This document shows positions 1 through 14,509 of a stretch of DNA of 64,000 nt, in pieces. Position 1 is the stretch's first letter. Every line of letters starts with the position of its first letter. Below the pieces are notes generated by a model. That model was not told the DNA's origin. It saw only the letters and a program-made list of their open reading frames with translations, and searched no databases. This stretch comes from Eledone cirrhosa (lineage: Eukaryota): positions 121,582,001 through 121,646,000 of the forward strand of contig OZ024741.1 of the NCBI GenBank assembly GCA_964016885.1, in the 5' to 3' direction. The position numbers and the translations under genes are program-made.

Positions 1-372
1 AGAAACTCACTCAGATGGTGGATGGGTGCTACACGAGAATGTTGAGGATGGCTCTGAACATTAATCAGTATACACTGAGGATGAAAAACTCAGAGCTGTA
101 TGGGAGCATCCCAAAAGTCAGCTCAAAAGTGACACAGAGGAGACTGAGGTTGGCTGGACATGCTCACCGACATCCGGAGTTGACATTGCACTCAGTGCTC
201 CTTTGGGAGCCCCTACATGGACACACTAGAAGAGGAAGACCAAGGTTAACATATGTTGATGCCCTAAGGACAGACACTGGTCTGTTGGAGATGCAGGATA
301 TGGCAGCGATAATGAGGGACAGAGACCGCTGGAGAGAACTCGTCCATGGATCTCGGGAATTTTACCCGCCTT

Positions 373-374
<2 letters not shown>
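1..374 (+). mobile_element. RTE-clade LINE, 3' end of ORF, running into (TA)n
   Basis: ORF 15-374 has RTE C-terminal motifs (DGCYTRMLR, RRLRLAGH, LLWEP..G..RRGRP..TYVD, DRDRWR); stop codon abuts the microsatellite. Confidence 0.85.
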
Positions 375-447
<73 letters not shown>

Positions 448-492
448 CACATATATATATATACATATATATATATATACATACATATATAC

Positions 493-525
<33 letters not shown>

Positions 526-575
526 CATATACATACATATATACATATACATACATACATATACATATATATACA

Positions 576-625
<50 letters not shown>

Positions 626-644
626 CACACACACACACACACAC

Positions 645-834
645 GAAGGAGTTGTGGTAAGGAACCAGATGGACCATAACGCACCAGAGTACTCAATACT
701 TAGGGTAGTAGAGTGGGTAGTAGGAAAATGTATGACCCCGACGGCAGAGCTCAAGCCGTTTCGACAGCTATTTCTAGACTGTCCAGAAATAGCCGTCGAA
801 ACGGCTTGAGCTCTGCGTCGGGGTCATACATTTT

Positions 835-838
<4 letters not shown>
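645..838 (-). mobile_element. PLE terminal remnant: 118-bp fold-back (721-838) plus ~75-bp tail; contains 3' half of a hammerhead
   Basis: Near-perfect palindrome centred ~780; GAAA-CGGC..GCCG-TC (stem III and GUC site); second copy at 18895-19086; flanked by (CA)n and (TA)n. Confidence 0.75.
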
Positions 839-924
<86 letters not shown>

Positions 925-1149
925 AACAAAAATAACAAAACAAACGACACTGTACATGGAAGAAATATATTAGTTTAAAGCTTAAAATAGCAGGAAGTCC
1001 TTTATCGGAAGATAGAGTTAGAAATAGAAGATAAATAGAAAGTAAAGAGTGATAAGAGGAAGAATCGGGGAAAAAGTGGGAGAAAAATTAGATGTGCGTA
1101 TTCAGTCGGCCATTGCTATTGACACATACAACTCTTTTATTATTAAGGA

Positions 1150-2895
1150 ATTTAACAAGAATTACAAAAGAAAACAACAAAAATCTAACCTATCTACCCT
1201 GAATGAAATTAACAATAATGCTAAGGCTATTGTGAAAGATTGAGACAGATAAATACACTGACCCTTATAAACGTATAACCACTAAGTTCTCTCTGAAAGA
1301 CCAAAACTAATACTGATTTATCTAAGAAGGAAATAGATATTATACTGACTTCTAGACGCACTATAATATAGTTTAACGGTAGTTACTGGGTCTGATAATT
1401 TCGACATCACCATGGGGTCAAGTGACTCTGCCCAAGTAACTGACCTTGTAGAAATCGTAATAACTGCCCTCTTGATGGTCATTATTTTACTAATAATGTA
1501 GTATATAGATGCACTGTTAACACCCATAGTGACTAAAACGTACATTGGAGCTACTGCCAACTGTTTTAAGAGTCGTTTTAATTCTCATAAAAATTGCTTT
1601 AAGAATAGAAATTTAAAATGTATTACGCCTTTAGCAAGATATATTAATGAGCTGAAGCTGTCAAACACCGAATACTCTTGAGTCTGGGATATCTTAACTA
1701 AATCCTCTCCATACAGTGGTCGCAAAGGACATTGCGATCTCTGTATATCGGAAGATTTTTTTCATAACTATGTCAAAGCCCAGCCCAATAAATGATCGCA
1801 ATGAAATTGTAATTAATTGCCATCATCGTTTCGCTTATTCGTTTACTAACAGAGTTTTGATCCCACTTAGATTCTATTAGTTGACTTGGCTATCATTTTA
1901 CCTATCTCAAGTACCTTCTTAACCTATCTTATTTTCACACTAACTAGTATACATTTTATTTATTTTATTTTTTATTTTTATTTTTTTTTTCATTTTTATT
2001 TTTTTTTCATTTTTATTTTTTTTTCCTTATTCCCACCTTATATATTAATCTATAACTCCTCATCCATATCCTCTATACTTTCTTTCTTAGTGTAATAGGT
2101 GATTTTTTTTGTTTCTTCGTTAAGCTCTCCTATCACTTAGACCTTCCCCCTCTTACTAAACTTAACACAAGCACTAGATGAACACATGTTTAATACTTTA
2201 ACGTTTTATATTCTGCTATACCTAGCTTGGTCATTAAATATGATAATTATGCTTTCTTCTACCATTATCTAACCCTTTATTTTATAATATATTATTATAT
2301 ATTTTTACGCCATCTGTCAAAATACACATTAGTTTCTCTAATTATTTTATTCTTAATGGTCCCTCTCAAATTGACTCCCTTGAGTAATTTTGCACTCTAT
2401 ATCTTTTCACACCTATATTCATCTTTTAATTCTACCTTGATGAATAATAACAACACTTCTCATCCGTTTTTTAATTATCTCCTTATTATATCAACATTCA
2501 TTTTCATTAAGTACCCTTTCTTCATATTTATGTCCCTTGCTATTTACACCTGTTTACTTCCTGTTTTGTCAATCCTCCATTACTTAACCGCATAACTGTT
2601 TTTTTTGAATTTAGAATGTATTAGCCTTTTGTTTCAGTCCTTCAATTGATAAGTGGTATGGTTTAAGTTTCATGTTATTTTGTCCCCACCATCAGTGACA
2701 TGTACTTTTGAATTTTCTTTTCTTTTTTGTTCTGAAGATGAATTCAGTTCTTAGTTCAGTGTTATTATCATCTGTTCTTATCGATTCTATAATTGATACA
2801 TTTTATTTTTACGAACCGAATTGTGGTCTGGTTTCTGAAACAATTGTAAACCAATAAATATATTTATTCAATATTTTGTACTGTATTCTCTAACA
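1150..2895 (+). mobile_element. Decayed, internally deleted Penelope-like element
   Basis: Manual translation: FDITMGSSDSAQVTDLV (RT, ~1395-1450) joined to CRNRNNCPLDG..NVVY..YIGATANCFKSRFNSH..CDLCISE (GIY-YIG, ~1447-1755); stops and frameshifts; hammerhead at 2726-2854. Confidence 0.8.
2726..2854 (+). ncRNA. Type I hammerhead motif with 98-nt stem II insert
   Basis: ttgtt CTGAAGA(2732-2738) tgaa...ttct GAAA(2837-2840) caattg TA aacca; insert contains complementary segments aattcagttcttag/ttacgaaccgaatt. Confidence 0.6.
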
Positions 2896-3186
2896 ATATA
2901 TATATATTATACTTGTTGTAGCTCAATTGCTATAAATTAATGTTTTGTCTCTTGTCTCTTACTCCACTGGACACCATTTGGCAAGTGTCAGACGCTCTGA
3001 ACCTGGGGAGGGCAGCAGTACCATTTGTAGAGGTCGAAACTGCCATAGTCGACCTCAACGGTCAATGACCTTGGAGTTCTGTGTCTTTCGTGTGTATTTT
3101 ATTTTTGAAAAATAATTTGTTGAGGTTTCTCCCTAAAAAAATTGTTTTTCGTTCACCATCTTGTACTCTCTTTGTTATTTTATTTA

Positions 3187-3230
<44 letters not shown>

Positions 3231-3236
<6 letters not shown>

Positions 3237-4912
3237 GAACACTGGAAGGTAATATCCGTAGTAGTAGAGCACTCAGTCCATGGAACGAGTTAGGTAGAAG
3301 TGGTTACACAACAGTTAGTTCACCATACCGAGAACAATTGTTTCACCTTAGCGGATCCTCAGCTCGTAAGGGACACACAGTTCGACATTGTTGATTTTTA
3401 CCCGTCGATCTTTAGACCGTCGATGGTTTAGACAGCGAAATCATCGCTCACTGCCGGAAAACCCTCCTCTTCAACGACGGAGTAGCCTGGGCAAAGAAGT
3501 CTACATCTTCAGACCTGTTCGACGTCTCCATGGGATCGTTTGACAGTGCTGACGTATGTGACTTGGTTGGCCTATTTATTTTAGATATATTACGTGTTAG
3601 ATTCCCGGACACGGGAATATACCGCGACGACAGACTGACATTATTGAGCCATAAAAGAGGTTACGACCTCGACCGGTTTAAAAAAGACTTAGCTTCTACC
3701 TTCAATGAGTTAGGACTTAGGATAACAGTAGCTACCAACCTCTCTAGCGTAAATTTCTTAGACATTAATTTAGACCTTCGCACACACTTACAGAACCTTC
3801 CATAAGGTAAACGAAAAACTCAATTACATACACAAGGACTCATGCCACCCTCCCACTGTTTTTAGAAACTTCGTAAATAATATCAGTACTAGAATCTCAA
3901 ACCTCTCCTCTAATAAGGCTATCTTTGACAGGGCGGCACCCTACTATAACACGGCGTTAGCTAACAACGGCTTCTCGCAACCTATCACTTACTCTCCCAT
4001 TATCAACAACAGCAATAAGAAAAGAAAGCGTAACAATAGACAAACTATCTGGTTCTCTCCTCCCTTCTCATTCAACGTTAAAACCAATGTAGGCAAACAA
4101 TTCCTAGCTCTCTTAGAAAGACACTTTCCCATAGGTCATAAATACCGCTCCATCTTTAACCGACACAAAGTAAAACTAGGATACTCCTGCGCTAAGAACA
4201 TGAAGGCCCACATCACCAACAGCCCTAAGATCAACACCCCACCAGGGTGCTCTTGCCGTAAGCCCGAAGCTTGTCCCCTTCAACAGCAATGCAACACACC
4301 CGCTGTAATTTATGAAGCTGACGACACTTCCAACCGACCAAATCAACCACAGGAGGTCAAATCCTATGTGGGTATGGTGGAGGGCCGATTTAAGGAACGC
4401 TTCCTGAACCACCAGTCGACCTTTAGGTACTCGGACAGACATTCATCCACGAAACTCAAGGACTCAAGTATAGACTACTCCATTCAATGGAAAGCCATCA
4501 CTAAGTCCAAGCCATACACAAGGGGAAATCCGTCGTGTGAACTATGTATTGATGAACGAATAAATATTCTAAAGAGATTATGCAATAGTGATTGACTAAA
4601 TACGAGAAATGAATTCTTCACACGTTGTCCACACGTCTAGAAACACCTCTTACATAACTACAAAGCTCCGGATTGAATCACAACAACATCCTAATTTTCT
4701 TATCAACTAGAAACCTTTCGGACTTTCGCAGTTATCTCCCTTACACCTCTCGCACGCTTTTTAGTATTGCCTGTGTGAAGTGACGGTTTCTGCGTATGCG
4801 CGTTCGTACGGTTGTCCTTCCTGTTCCGTATAACTATGTCCATTACGAGTGGAGGATCCGCTAAGGTGAAACAATTGTTCTCGGTATGGTGAACTAACTG
4901 TTGTGTAACCAC

Positions 4913-4916
<4 letters not shown>
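3231..4916 (+). mobile_element. 5'-truncated Penelope-like retroelement (RT + GIY-YIG) with inverted terminal segment, in (TA)n
   Basis: MGSFDSADVCDLVG, GIYRDD, FLDINLDL (3530-3805); CSCRKPEACPLQQQC..VIYEA..YVGM.E.RFKER..H..CELC (4200-4595); 3294-3375 is the reverse complement of 4837-4916. Confidence 0.92.
3329..3366 (-). ncRNA. Minimal type I hammerhead ribozyme (intact core)
   Basis: Minus strand: cgag CTGAGGA t-cc-gctaa-gg-t GAAA caattg TT ctcg; the plus-strand copy at ~4846-4884 has a mutated core (TGGAGGA). Confidence 0.8.
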
Positions 4917-4972
<56 letters not shown>

Positions 4973-5816
4973 TTTGGGTGAATTTACGTAAACTAAACAT
5001 CTTCAATTAGAGCATGGTACTAAATTTATTTTGACAATACTAATTATAAAGAAACGGAAGCATAACTAGACTTGTAAAAGTCATTAATTTGATAACATTG
5101 GGTGTTCCAGTTGTTCGATCAATGGAACGGCCCACTCGTTATATCAACGTTACATTAACATCCTCTGGACACAGCATTACCAAATGGTTAAAAACTTTGC
5201 TTTACAAAGAATAGGGTCGGGGTTCGATTCCATTGTGACCCAAGCTTTGTGGATGTAATTTTCTTGCTGGAATACGTTAGGAAACCCGTCGGATGGACTG
5301 TACCTGGAATTCAAAACAAACAGCTTTCTCACACAATGTGTCACGCTGATTTACTACGTTAAGGGCATACTTATCTGTAGAATTCTCATTGGTAGCCCCC
5401 CCCCCCCTCAGTTTTATGTCACAATTTTTCCGACGACGGGATACAAAATTCGAACTCAGTACGCAAAGAACAGGAATGTATACCACAAGTTCGTTATTTC
5501 ACCGCTGCGGACTAGCATTTTATATACCAATCTTGTAAAGACGAGGGAGTAAAGTTGACTTTGACATGATTAAGACTCAGAACGTACAGGCCAAAAACAA
5601 AAATAACAAACAAACAAAAAACAAAAAACAAAAAATAGAAAATACGCCCTACTGCATTTAACTCAACATTCTGCCAATGCGTGTAAGTGTGACTGTGTTG
5701 ATCATGTCTTGGTCTCATTCTCATTTCATTAATTTTTCTGAAATGCGTATAGGAAAAGAGGAAATATGTAATTAATAAGGGAGGTAATCAGTATTGAATC
5801 TATGTTTCTAACTCAC

Positions 5817-5912
5817 TGCAGTTGACTTCGTCTGACCTGTCCCAGCAATCATCAGTTCCATCACACAACCACTGTTTTCCAATACAGCGTCCATTGTTGC
5901 ATCGAAATGTAT
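5817..5912 (-). CDS. Exon encoding an LDL-receptor class A repeat
   Basis: (D)[31 protein letters not shown]; pyrimidine tract + CAG acceptor, GTGAGT donor; 96 nt, phase 1-1. Confidence 0.92.
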
Positions 5913-6804
5913 CTGAGGGAAGAAAGATTTTAACATTATAACATAGAATTGCAATTTTTTTTAAAATGACAATTAGTGTGGGTATATAAGGGTACACACA
6001 CTTCCACCATCCATCACTATCACAACAATATATGCCTAGACAGTGTAGGGAAACGCTCTCCGACGTGCAGAACTCTAGATGTTGTCGCCTCATGCTATCA
6101 GCGGACAGAATATAGAGAAAGAATTACGTAGGATGATAGCGAGTGAAATTGCGAAAATGGAAACTGCATGGAAGATCGTCAGTCTAATTGTGTCTGAAAT
6201 TCAAAAGTCCGCTCTTGTCACACATCGAATCTGTAGAATACTCAGCCATTTACACATTAATTCACAAGTTACGTCTAATTCGAAGGTTCCGCCATATTGC
6301 GTATTGGTGTCACGCTGGTCAGGCTTAAGAATTGTCCTAAAGGTACACGTGTCTGTGAAATATACAACCTCTTACGCGTTAATTCACCAGTAGGAATTGT
6401 TGATTGAAAGACTGTTCATCGTGGAACCGACGAAAGATAGACCATTTAGTTGTATATACACACATACGCACACATACACACATACACACATCTACACGTA
6501 TGAATTCTTTTATTCTTTTACTGGCTTTAGTTATTCGACTGCGGCTACGCTGGAGCATCGGCTTGAGTTTTAGTCATTCATATCGATTCATTTAATTATT
6601 TCTCAAGCCTGGTACTTATTTTAACAAACACTTTTTTGTCGAATCGCTACATCTCTAGTCATAAACACTGACACAAACGTAAATACACTTACACACACAT
6701 ACACACACATGTATGGGTATATCTTTTTTTCTTCTTCTTCTTCTTCTTCTTCTTCTTCTTCTTCTTCTTCTTCTTCTTCTTCTTCTTCTTCTTCTTCTTC
6801 TTCT

Positions 6805-6851
<47 letters not shown>

Positions 6852-6880
6852 TTCTCCCACTTATCCTGAGTTGATTAGGG

Positions 6881-6964
<84 letters not shown>

Positions 6965-7144
6965 CAGAGCAAACATCACGGACGCTCTATCTCAAAATTA
7001 TTTTTGAAAAGCATTAGAAATGGGCAACCGGTAAAACTTAAAACCAAAACTGAATACTAACCAATACAATTACTAATTCTCACTTATTCCTAATTAAACT
7101 ATTTTTCACTGTGAACAATTTTTCAGCATTTTCTATTCCGTTTA

Positions 7145-7184
<40 letters not shown>

Positions 7185-7210
7185 TGCTCTTATATATATA
7201 TAGTCTTGCT

Positions 7211-7255
<45 letters not shown>

Positions 7256-7261
<6 letters not shown>

Positions 7262-7503
7262 TAAAATAACAGATTAAAGTTTAAGCAAAGAATCGCTGCT
7301 TTCACCCTTAACTGGATCTTCTGAAACTAAAAAAGTCAATCTGTGAACGCAGAAGTAAATATTTCAAAAAACGTTGCAACCGAAGGAAGACAGGAAGACA
7401 ATACTTTGGTTCGTGTGTGTGTGCTCTACGGTTCTTATATATTTGATATATATTTATCCTTATCGAGCCCTCTTTGGATTTTAGTCTTCAAATTTATTAT
7501 TAT

Positions 7504-7505
<2 letters not shown>
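7256..7505. mobile_element. PLE terminal remnant, CAGAAGA-hammerhead family (inverted arm + tail)
   Basis: 7256-7414 matches 10816-10977; 7422-7505 matches the tail at 11176-11260; hammerhead-like motif on minus strand 7278-7328. Confidence 0.75.
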
Positions 7506-7571
<66 letters not shown>

Positions 7572-7775
7572 CTAAGATGTTATAGTAAAAGACATTTTCA
7601 CAAGTTGTCACGCAGTGGGAATGTACCCAGAAATACGTGATTGTTAAACAAATTCCTTAACATCAGTAACAAAAAAAAAAAAAATAAAAATCCTAAAACA
7701 AAAACAAAGTGAAGAAAAAAACAACATCAAACCCTGGATTATGAAACAGAGACCAACATTAATTTTGAAACGTAC

Positions 7776-7994
7776 CCTCCGAACAGGCTGTCATTTCACA
7801 GACGAACCCCTTGGCCTGGTCACATTTGGCAAAATACCACTTGAAGGTTTCTCCAGTTTGACGAACGGCACCACATTTTCCTTGTTGTATGTCTGGCTGG
7901 TAGTAGTGCCAGAATCCAGTGTGGATGGTGCTTTGGGACCCATCACCCCAATATGCTGTTGTATTTAAGTTGATGACGCCTAAACGATTGAATC
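7776..7994 (-). CDS. Exon encoding the C-terminal half of a C-type lectin domain (QPD motif)
   Basis: GFNRL..WGDG..GFWHYYQPDIQQGKCGAV..WYFAKCDQAKGFVCEMTACSE; TTTCAG acceptor, GTACGT donor; 219 nt; joins in frame to the LDLa exon (ACSE-D-TFRC). Confidence 0.9.
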
Positions 7995-8027
7995 CTGAAA
8001 TATGAACAATATATATATATTTTAGAA

Positions 8028-8109
<82 letters not shown>

Positions 8110-8149
8110 GTTCCGGTCGTTTCAACAGCTAGACCCAAACTCCATTGTG

Positions 8150-8214
<65 letters not shown>

Positions 8215-8307
8215 AATATGAGGAGAAGAATACTGCATGGTTGCACATGGATAACATGTTATAAAATGAGTCCCTCATCAGTGATTTGCCAACGGTCATT
8301 GGTATTT

Positions 8308-8388
<81 letters not shown>

Positions 8389-8865
8389 GGTGTGTGTGTG
8401 TGTGGGTGTATAGTCATACATATATATACATACACACACCCATACATCCCACATAAACACATATATATATATCGTGAAAGGCTTTAATGGTTAAGGTGTT
8501 CTGCTCACGTTCGTAAGGTCATGAGTTCGATTTTCTGGCAGCATCCTGCAGCCTGGAGCAAAACATTTTATTGGTCCATTACGCTGGTAACAAATGACTT
8601 GTACGTGTGATTTAAAGGACCATCTCCCTGTCACACACTGTGTCACGTTAAATCTCATTGAGAACTACATGTCTGTAGAAGGTCCACCACTTGCACTTTA
8701 GTCTCTCTTCTTGGAATAATTATAACATACTCACACGCATATATATATATATTCATATATACACATATATATATACACAGACACAGACACACTCACACAC
8801 ACACATACACACACATATATATATCTTCAAAATATGGGGTGCACAACTATAACACACTCATACAC

Positions 8866-9113
<248 letters not shown>

Positions 9114-10031
9114 ATATATATATATATAAACAACGGAAAAACGGGCAGTCTTATCTCCTCAGTCAACCACTGGAAATCACTATCGTTTCGATGCATCAAG
9201 GTTGATACCGTTCATTTCAGTGGACATTGAGACGCAACAAAACAGGTAGAAGTAAAGACAAGGCAAGTTATACCCTTCGGCGAATTACACAAATATAGAT
9301 GAAAAAGTGTGTCTATGACGGAGAGAACGATGCACGAGGGCTTAACCAAAGTATAAAAAAAATATAGAAAGGAGCGAAATAGAAAAACAGAAGAGAATAA
9401 TAAGAACTGTAATCCAACGCACAGACGAAGAATAATGACAATGAAGCGTAAGAAAGGAGAATAGAGGATGACGGGCAAAGAGTGGGACGTCTATTTTGGG
9501 ATAGTTATAAATATGTGTGTGTGTATGTAGGGGGGGGGCGATTACAACATGTGGAATATAGTCAGCAATTTTAGTTCTTAGGTTAGAGATCACAGCTCCG
9601 ATATAGTAGACATGGGGTTAAAATGCCCAAGTAATGAATCGCTGGATATATTTTACGAGTAGATAAACCAGCAGGCAGGAGACCAGAGATTAGATAACAT
9701 CCACGAGCTCGGTTGGTCTTGGGGATCCAGCCTGATCAAATGGAAACAGGTTGTGACAAGAAGAAGAAGAAGAAGAAGAAGATTTTAACAGAACAGAAAA
9801 ACATATGGTTAAATGAGTGTGAGGTCCGGATATTATCTTTCACCGCCTGATTAAACCCTAAATAATAATTAAATGTTTATGTCATAATGACAAAGTGAAT
9901 AAAAAGAAAAAAAGGGTTCTATCTGGTGTGTTGCGAGAAGGGTTTTATTTTGACGTATCGAATGCTGACGAATGGGGAATGAGCTATCTGGCAGACAACT
10001 CTTCTATGATATATATATATATATATATATA

Positions 10032-10541
10032 TGGTGGCTGCCAACTCGTTTTCGAGTACGGCCACTACTTTATATCCATGTAGGAGAACTCCTACCGATG
10101 TGCTGAACGAGTGTGACTTTTTAGTCCAGCCAGCGACTTGAAAACTCTGGTACAAACACTACACTTGTGACAATTATTGACACATAGTGCTGGGCCCTTG
10201 GTACCATGTGATGACAAGTGCAGAGAGATCTCCAGATATAAAGCAATGCCTGTGCCGTGAAGCTTTTATAGTGAGCAAAGGCACTGCACAAAGCCAGTCC
10301 CACTCTCTTAACCAAGATGATATTTACCAAAAAGAAGGGGTCATCTCTCCCGGTGATTTTGGATGGCCATTGACTCTTAAGAGCTCCTTTGCCCTTTGAC
10401 TGGTTTTGCTTTTAGTCCTGCAGGATGTCCAAAGTCACCCTCCTCACCAAGAAACCTTGGTGGGGTTGCCAGTTTAGTCGCCAACGACCCGACCATGAGA
10501 CAGGGATACATGTTACCAGTAGCACCAACTGGTGACCTGAC
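10032..10541 (-). mobile_element. ~510-bp internally deleted RTE-type element (5' segment + 3' end with C2H2 finger remnant)
   Basis: 3' part encodes C..C.RVFKSLAGLKSH and matches 62183-62484; 5' part (GTCAGGTCAC...) matches 38385-38520 and 30960-31077. Confidence 0.65.
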
Positions 10542-10570
10542 CTATATATATATATATATACAGTATATAT

Positions 10571-10761
10571 AAATTTTGAGTATGTGTTGGTTGTTTACCG
10601 ACACCTTAGTATGCAAATTGGAGCACTCGACGAGGTACGCAGGTTGGTTTGTCTACTCGGGAATAATGTAAAATAAGTAAGTCAAACATGTAAAATTTGG
10701 CTTCGTTTATTATAAATTATAATAAACGAAGCCAAATTTTACATGTTTGACTTACTTATTT

Positions 10762-10763
<2 letters not shown>
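10571..10763 (-). mobile_element. Fold-back + tail remnant in (TA)n (probable PLE terminus)
   Basis: Perfect 47-bp arms 10669-10763 around a 1-nt loop; ~98-bp tail with CGAGTGCTCC motif; no hammerhead core retained. Confidence 0.6.
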
Positions 10764-10815
<52 letters not shown>

Positions 10816-10819
<4 letters not shown>

Positions 10820-11260
10820 TTATTAAAATAACAGCTTAAAGTTTAAGAAAAGAATCGCTGCTTTCACCCTTAACGGGATCTTCTGAAACTAACAAAGTCA
10901 ATCTGTAAACGCAGAACTGGATATTTCAAAAAACGTTGTAACCGGAGGAAGACAGGAAGACGATACTTTGGTTCGTGGTAACGTTCGCTGGCAAAGAACG
11001 GGAAAAAACGAATAATACGTCATTAATAGGAGCGGTAAAAAACAATTACGCGCAAAGACAAAACCGCGTTTATGGTGCGTTTACAGATTGACTTTGTTAG
11101 TTTCAGAAGATCCCGTTAAGGGTGAAAGCAGCGATTCTTTGCTTAAACTTTAATCTGTTATTTTAATAAATATTTTCTCTACGGTTCTTATATATTCGAT
11201 ATATATTTTCCTTATCGAGCCCTCTTTGGATTTCAGTCTTCAATTTTATTATTATTACTA
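10816..11260 (+). mobile_element. PLE terminal remnant: 98-bp inverted repeats, 162-bp spacer, ~87-bp tail
   Basis: 10816-10913 vs 11076-11173 inverted; hammerhead-like motif in each arm; (TA)n flanks. Confidence 0.8.
11099..11149 (+). ncRNA. Hammerhead-like motif with U4A core (CAGAAGA)
   Basis: agttt CAGAAGA t-ccc-gttaa-ggg-t GAAA gca-gcgattctt-tgc TT aaact; all three helices pair. Confidence 0.7.
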
Positions 11261-11300
11261 TATATATGTATATATATATGTATATATCTATCTATCTATC

Positions 11301-11635
11301 AATCAGGATGGAGAGAGAGGTGCTGTACCCCAGCAAGTTTTATGAAAGGTGGGTGAAAGTGGCCCGAGTGAATGGGCCTTCTCTCTCTATCAGCCTGTAG
11401 GTTGAGGAAAAGGAGGAGGAGAGGAAAGGAGTACAAGCTCTTCGTACTCCTGGAGATGAGGGTTGCACATTTTTTTTCGGGGGTATGTGTTACCCATATA
11501 AACTGTCTCCCTCTATTGGGGAAAATCGACTAACTTTTAAATTCCATCTGTGATAACATTTTACACGTTTTTATTGTATGTAAACTTCCCCCTTTGTATT
11601 TGTCCCCTTCTTTTGTGCCCCTGTGGCTAATAAAG

Positions 11636-11638
<3 letters not shown>
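11301..11638 (+). mobile_element. 5'-truncated Tx1-like LINE 3' end (subfamily B), preceded by (ATCT)3-4
   Basis: Nearly identical to 45655-46000 apart from a 9-nt deletion; ends AATAAAGAAA. Confidence 0.92.
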
Positions 11639-12079
<441 letters not shown>

Positions 12080-12184
12080 GTAGATCTAGCTGTCGAAACG
12101 GCCGGAGCTCAGCCGTCAGGGTCCTGACTCTTTTCATATATATATATATGTGTGTGTGTGTGTGTATGTGTGTGTGTATATGTA

Positions 12185-12259
<75 letters not shown>

Positions 12260-12436
12260 TCGTGAGTTTTATATCGAATAATAATAATATTCGATTCGTT
12301 TGCAAGCAACCTCATTAGACTGTTTTAAATGATCTCCGTCATCCTTTTGTCTAGCGGTGGCACAGAAACAATCGACAACGTTGTTTCTGGGTTATTGTCC
12401 TTTGTAAAGATTGTGTATCTCTCTTTCCTTCACTTA

Positions 12437-12506
12437 CTAGAACTCTTGTATATAGTATACATCGGTTGATAAGCCTGATTTTCATACCAATCGATTTTAC
12501 GGGTGG
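12437..12506 (-). CDS. Candidate exon, middle of the C-type lectin domain
   Basis: ATRKIDWYENQAYQPMYTIYKSS then GTAAGT donor; resembles the L..I....EN lectin helix; acceptor uncertain (TTTTCGG instead of CAG). Confidence 0.4.
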
Positions 12507-12580
12507 CTTTGCCGAAAATTAAAATCAAAATTAGAATTTGTTTTTTTTTCTCACATGTACACACACACACAGAGACAAAC

Positions 12581-12690
<110 letters not shown>

Positions 12691-13402
12691 GCACACACAC
12701 ACACACACACACACAACAGACACACACGGGACTAATATGATTGGTGCGCCGTTCCAATAGCATGAACCTCATTGGACAAAATAAATAAATATCCGCTTCA
12801 GCTTTGTGAATAGTTAAAAAATAACCACAGGTATTTACGTACATCTAAACTATAATAAAGGAAGGTCTGCGGGATTGCGTACGTTCTTTTATTTTTTTTA
12901 TCCGTTTGTAAAATAAGTTGGATTACTTTGAATAAACAATTGTTTCTACTTTCGGCACAAGGCCAGCAATTACCCAGTACATTACTGGTACTTTATTTTA
13001 TCGACCCCGTAAGGATGAAAAGTAAAGTTAACCTCGACAGGATTTGAACTCAGGAATGAATATTACATAATTTATCTACTAAATTTCGTGGCTGTTCATT
13101 AAATATATTTTGTTTATTTAAAGATTCACTTCTTTAAAATTTCTGAAATGTCAACACTTCCAGTGGCGATCGCTTAAATAAACATACTAATTTTCTGTCA
13201 CTAATTTTCTCCTAATGCAGTATATATATAATATCCTCTATTTTAAGATATCATGGATTACGTTCCTGATTACATAAGACATTGTAATGCTGTCTTCGTT
13301 CAATTTCTATGTATTATATGTTGTCAATTACGATTTTATTTGATGTATCATATCTACATGTATATATACCTGCGTATAATATCAATATATACACTATATA
13401 TG

Positions 13403-13440
13403 CTAGCAGAAAACCACCCGAAGGGTGGTTTTTCTGCTAG
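13403..13440. repeat. Short hairpin, CTAG at both ends, C(GAA)G triloop; Helitron-3'-end-like
   Basis: ctagcagaaaaccaccc GAA gggtggtttttctgctag. Confidence 0.5.
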
Positions 13441-13623
13441 TGAAGATAATGTATTTGAAAGAAAACAGCGAGAGGAAGTCACCACACCGAATTAAAAGCT
13501 GCATACACCCACGGGGGCGAAACAGTGTAAACGGCGACAACAAACTGTGTGTGTATGTGTATGTGTGAGTGTATGTGTGTATGTGTGTGTAAGTGTATGT
13601 GTATCTAAGCGTGTATGGGACTA

Positions 13624-13661
<38 letters not shown>

Positions 13662-13832
13662 TGCGTATGTGTGTTCGAGTGAATGTGAAAGCGGGGAAGA
13701 GAAAGGGAGAAAGAGAAAGGGAGAAAGAGAAAGGGAGAAAGAAAGAAAGAAAGATAGAGAGAGAGAGAGAGCGTATGTGTAACTATCCGTGTGTGTGTGC
13801 GTATGAGTAAGTGAACGTGAAAGCGAGTAAGA

Positions 13833-13882
<50 letters not shown>

Positions 13883-14509
13883 AGGAGAGAGAGAGAAAGA
13901 GAGAAAGAGAGAAAGAGAGAAAGAGAGAAAGAGTGCAAGGCGTAGACAAATGACGAGTTACTTTTGTACCCCCTTTGTTCAATGTATTTACAAATGGTGG
14001 AGTCAGATGAACAAATGCACCGCCTAAGATCCTACCCAGGGTCCCCGAAACTGGTAGGATGAAAGGAAGCAGCTATTTTCAGACCAGTGACCTATCGCAA
14101 ATGATTGCAACAGTGTGCAATCATGGCCAGCCGCAGGTGTGAGCCTCGCGAGTTGGAATGGCTCTTTCAGCTCATCTCTCTTACCATCCTCCATTCTGTC
14201 CGTCGCGCTGTGGTGAGGCCAGCACGTGATGCCCCATTTGCTCACCATACAGAGAGATGGGGAGGGCCAGAGAGATGGAGGCGGTGACAGTGGGAGTTCG
14301 ACTGACTGATTCTGGTAGCATTCATCTGCCGTTGCCACATTATATCCTATCCCATTAAACGGAAATAACATATATAAATACTAACAGGGTCAGGTAATAG
14401 TTGGGTTGAAGGTGGCAACTTGGCAGAATCCTGAGGGCTTCTTACTCAGTTCTTCCCTAGTATTTGCACATTCCGCAATAGGGTTAGTTGCATCTTTTCA
14501 CATGAGGTT

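Noticed and set aside
14010-14430. GC-richer island with short ORFs and a 14-bp imperfect inverted repeat
   Set aside because: No recognisable motif or splice structure; left unassigned
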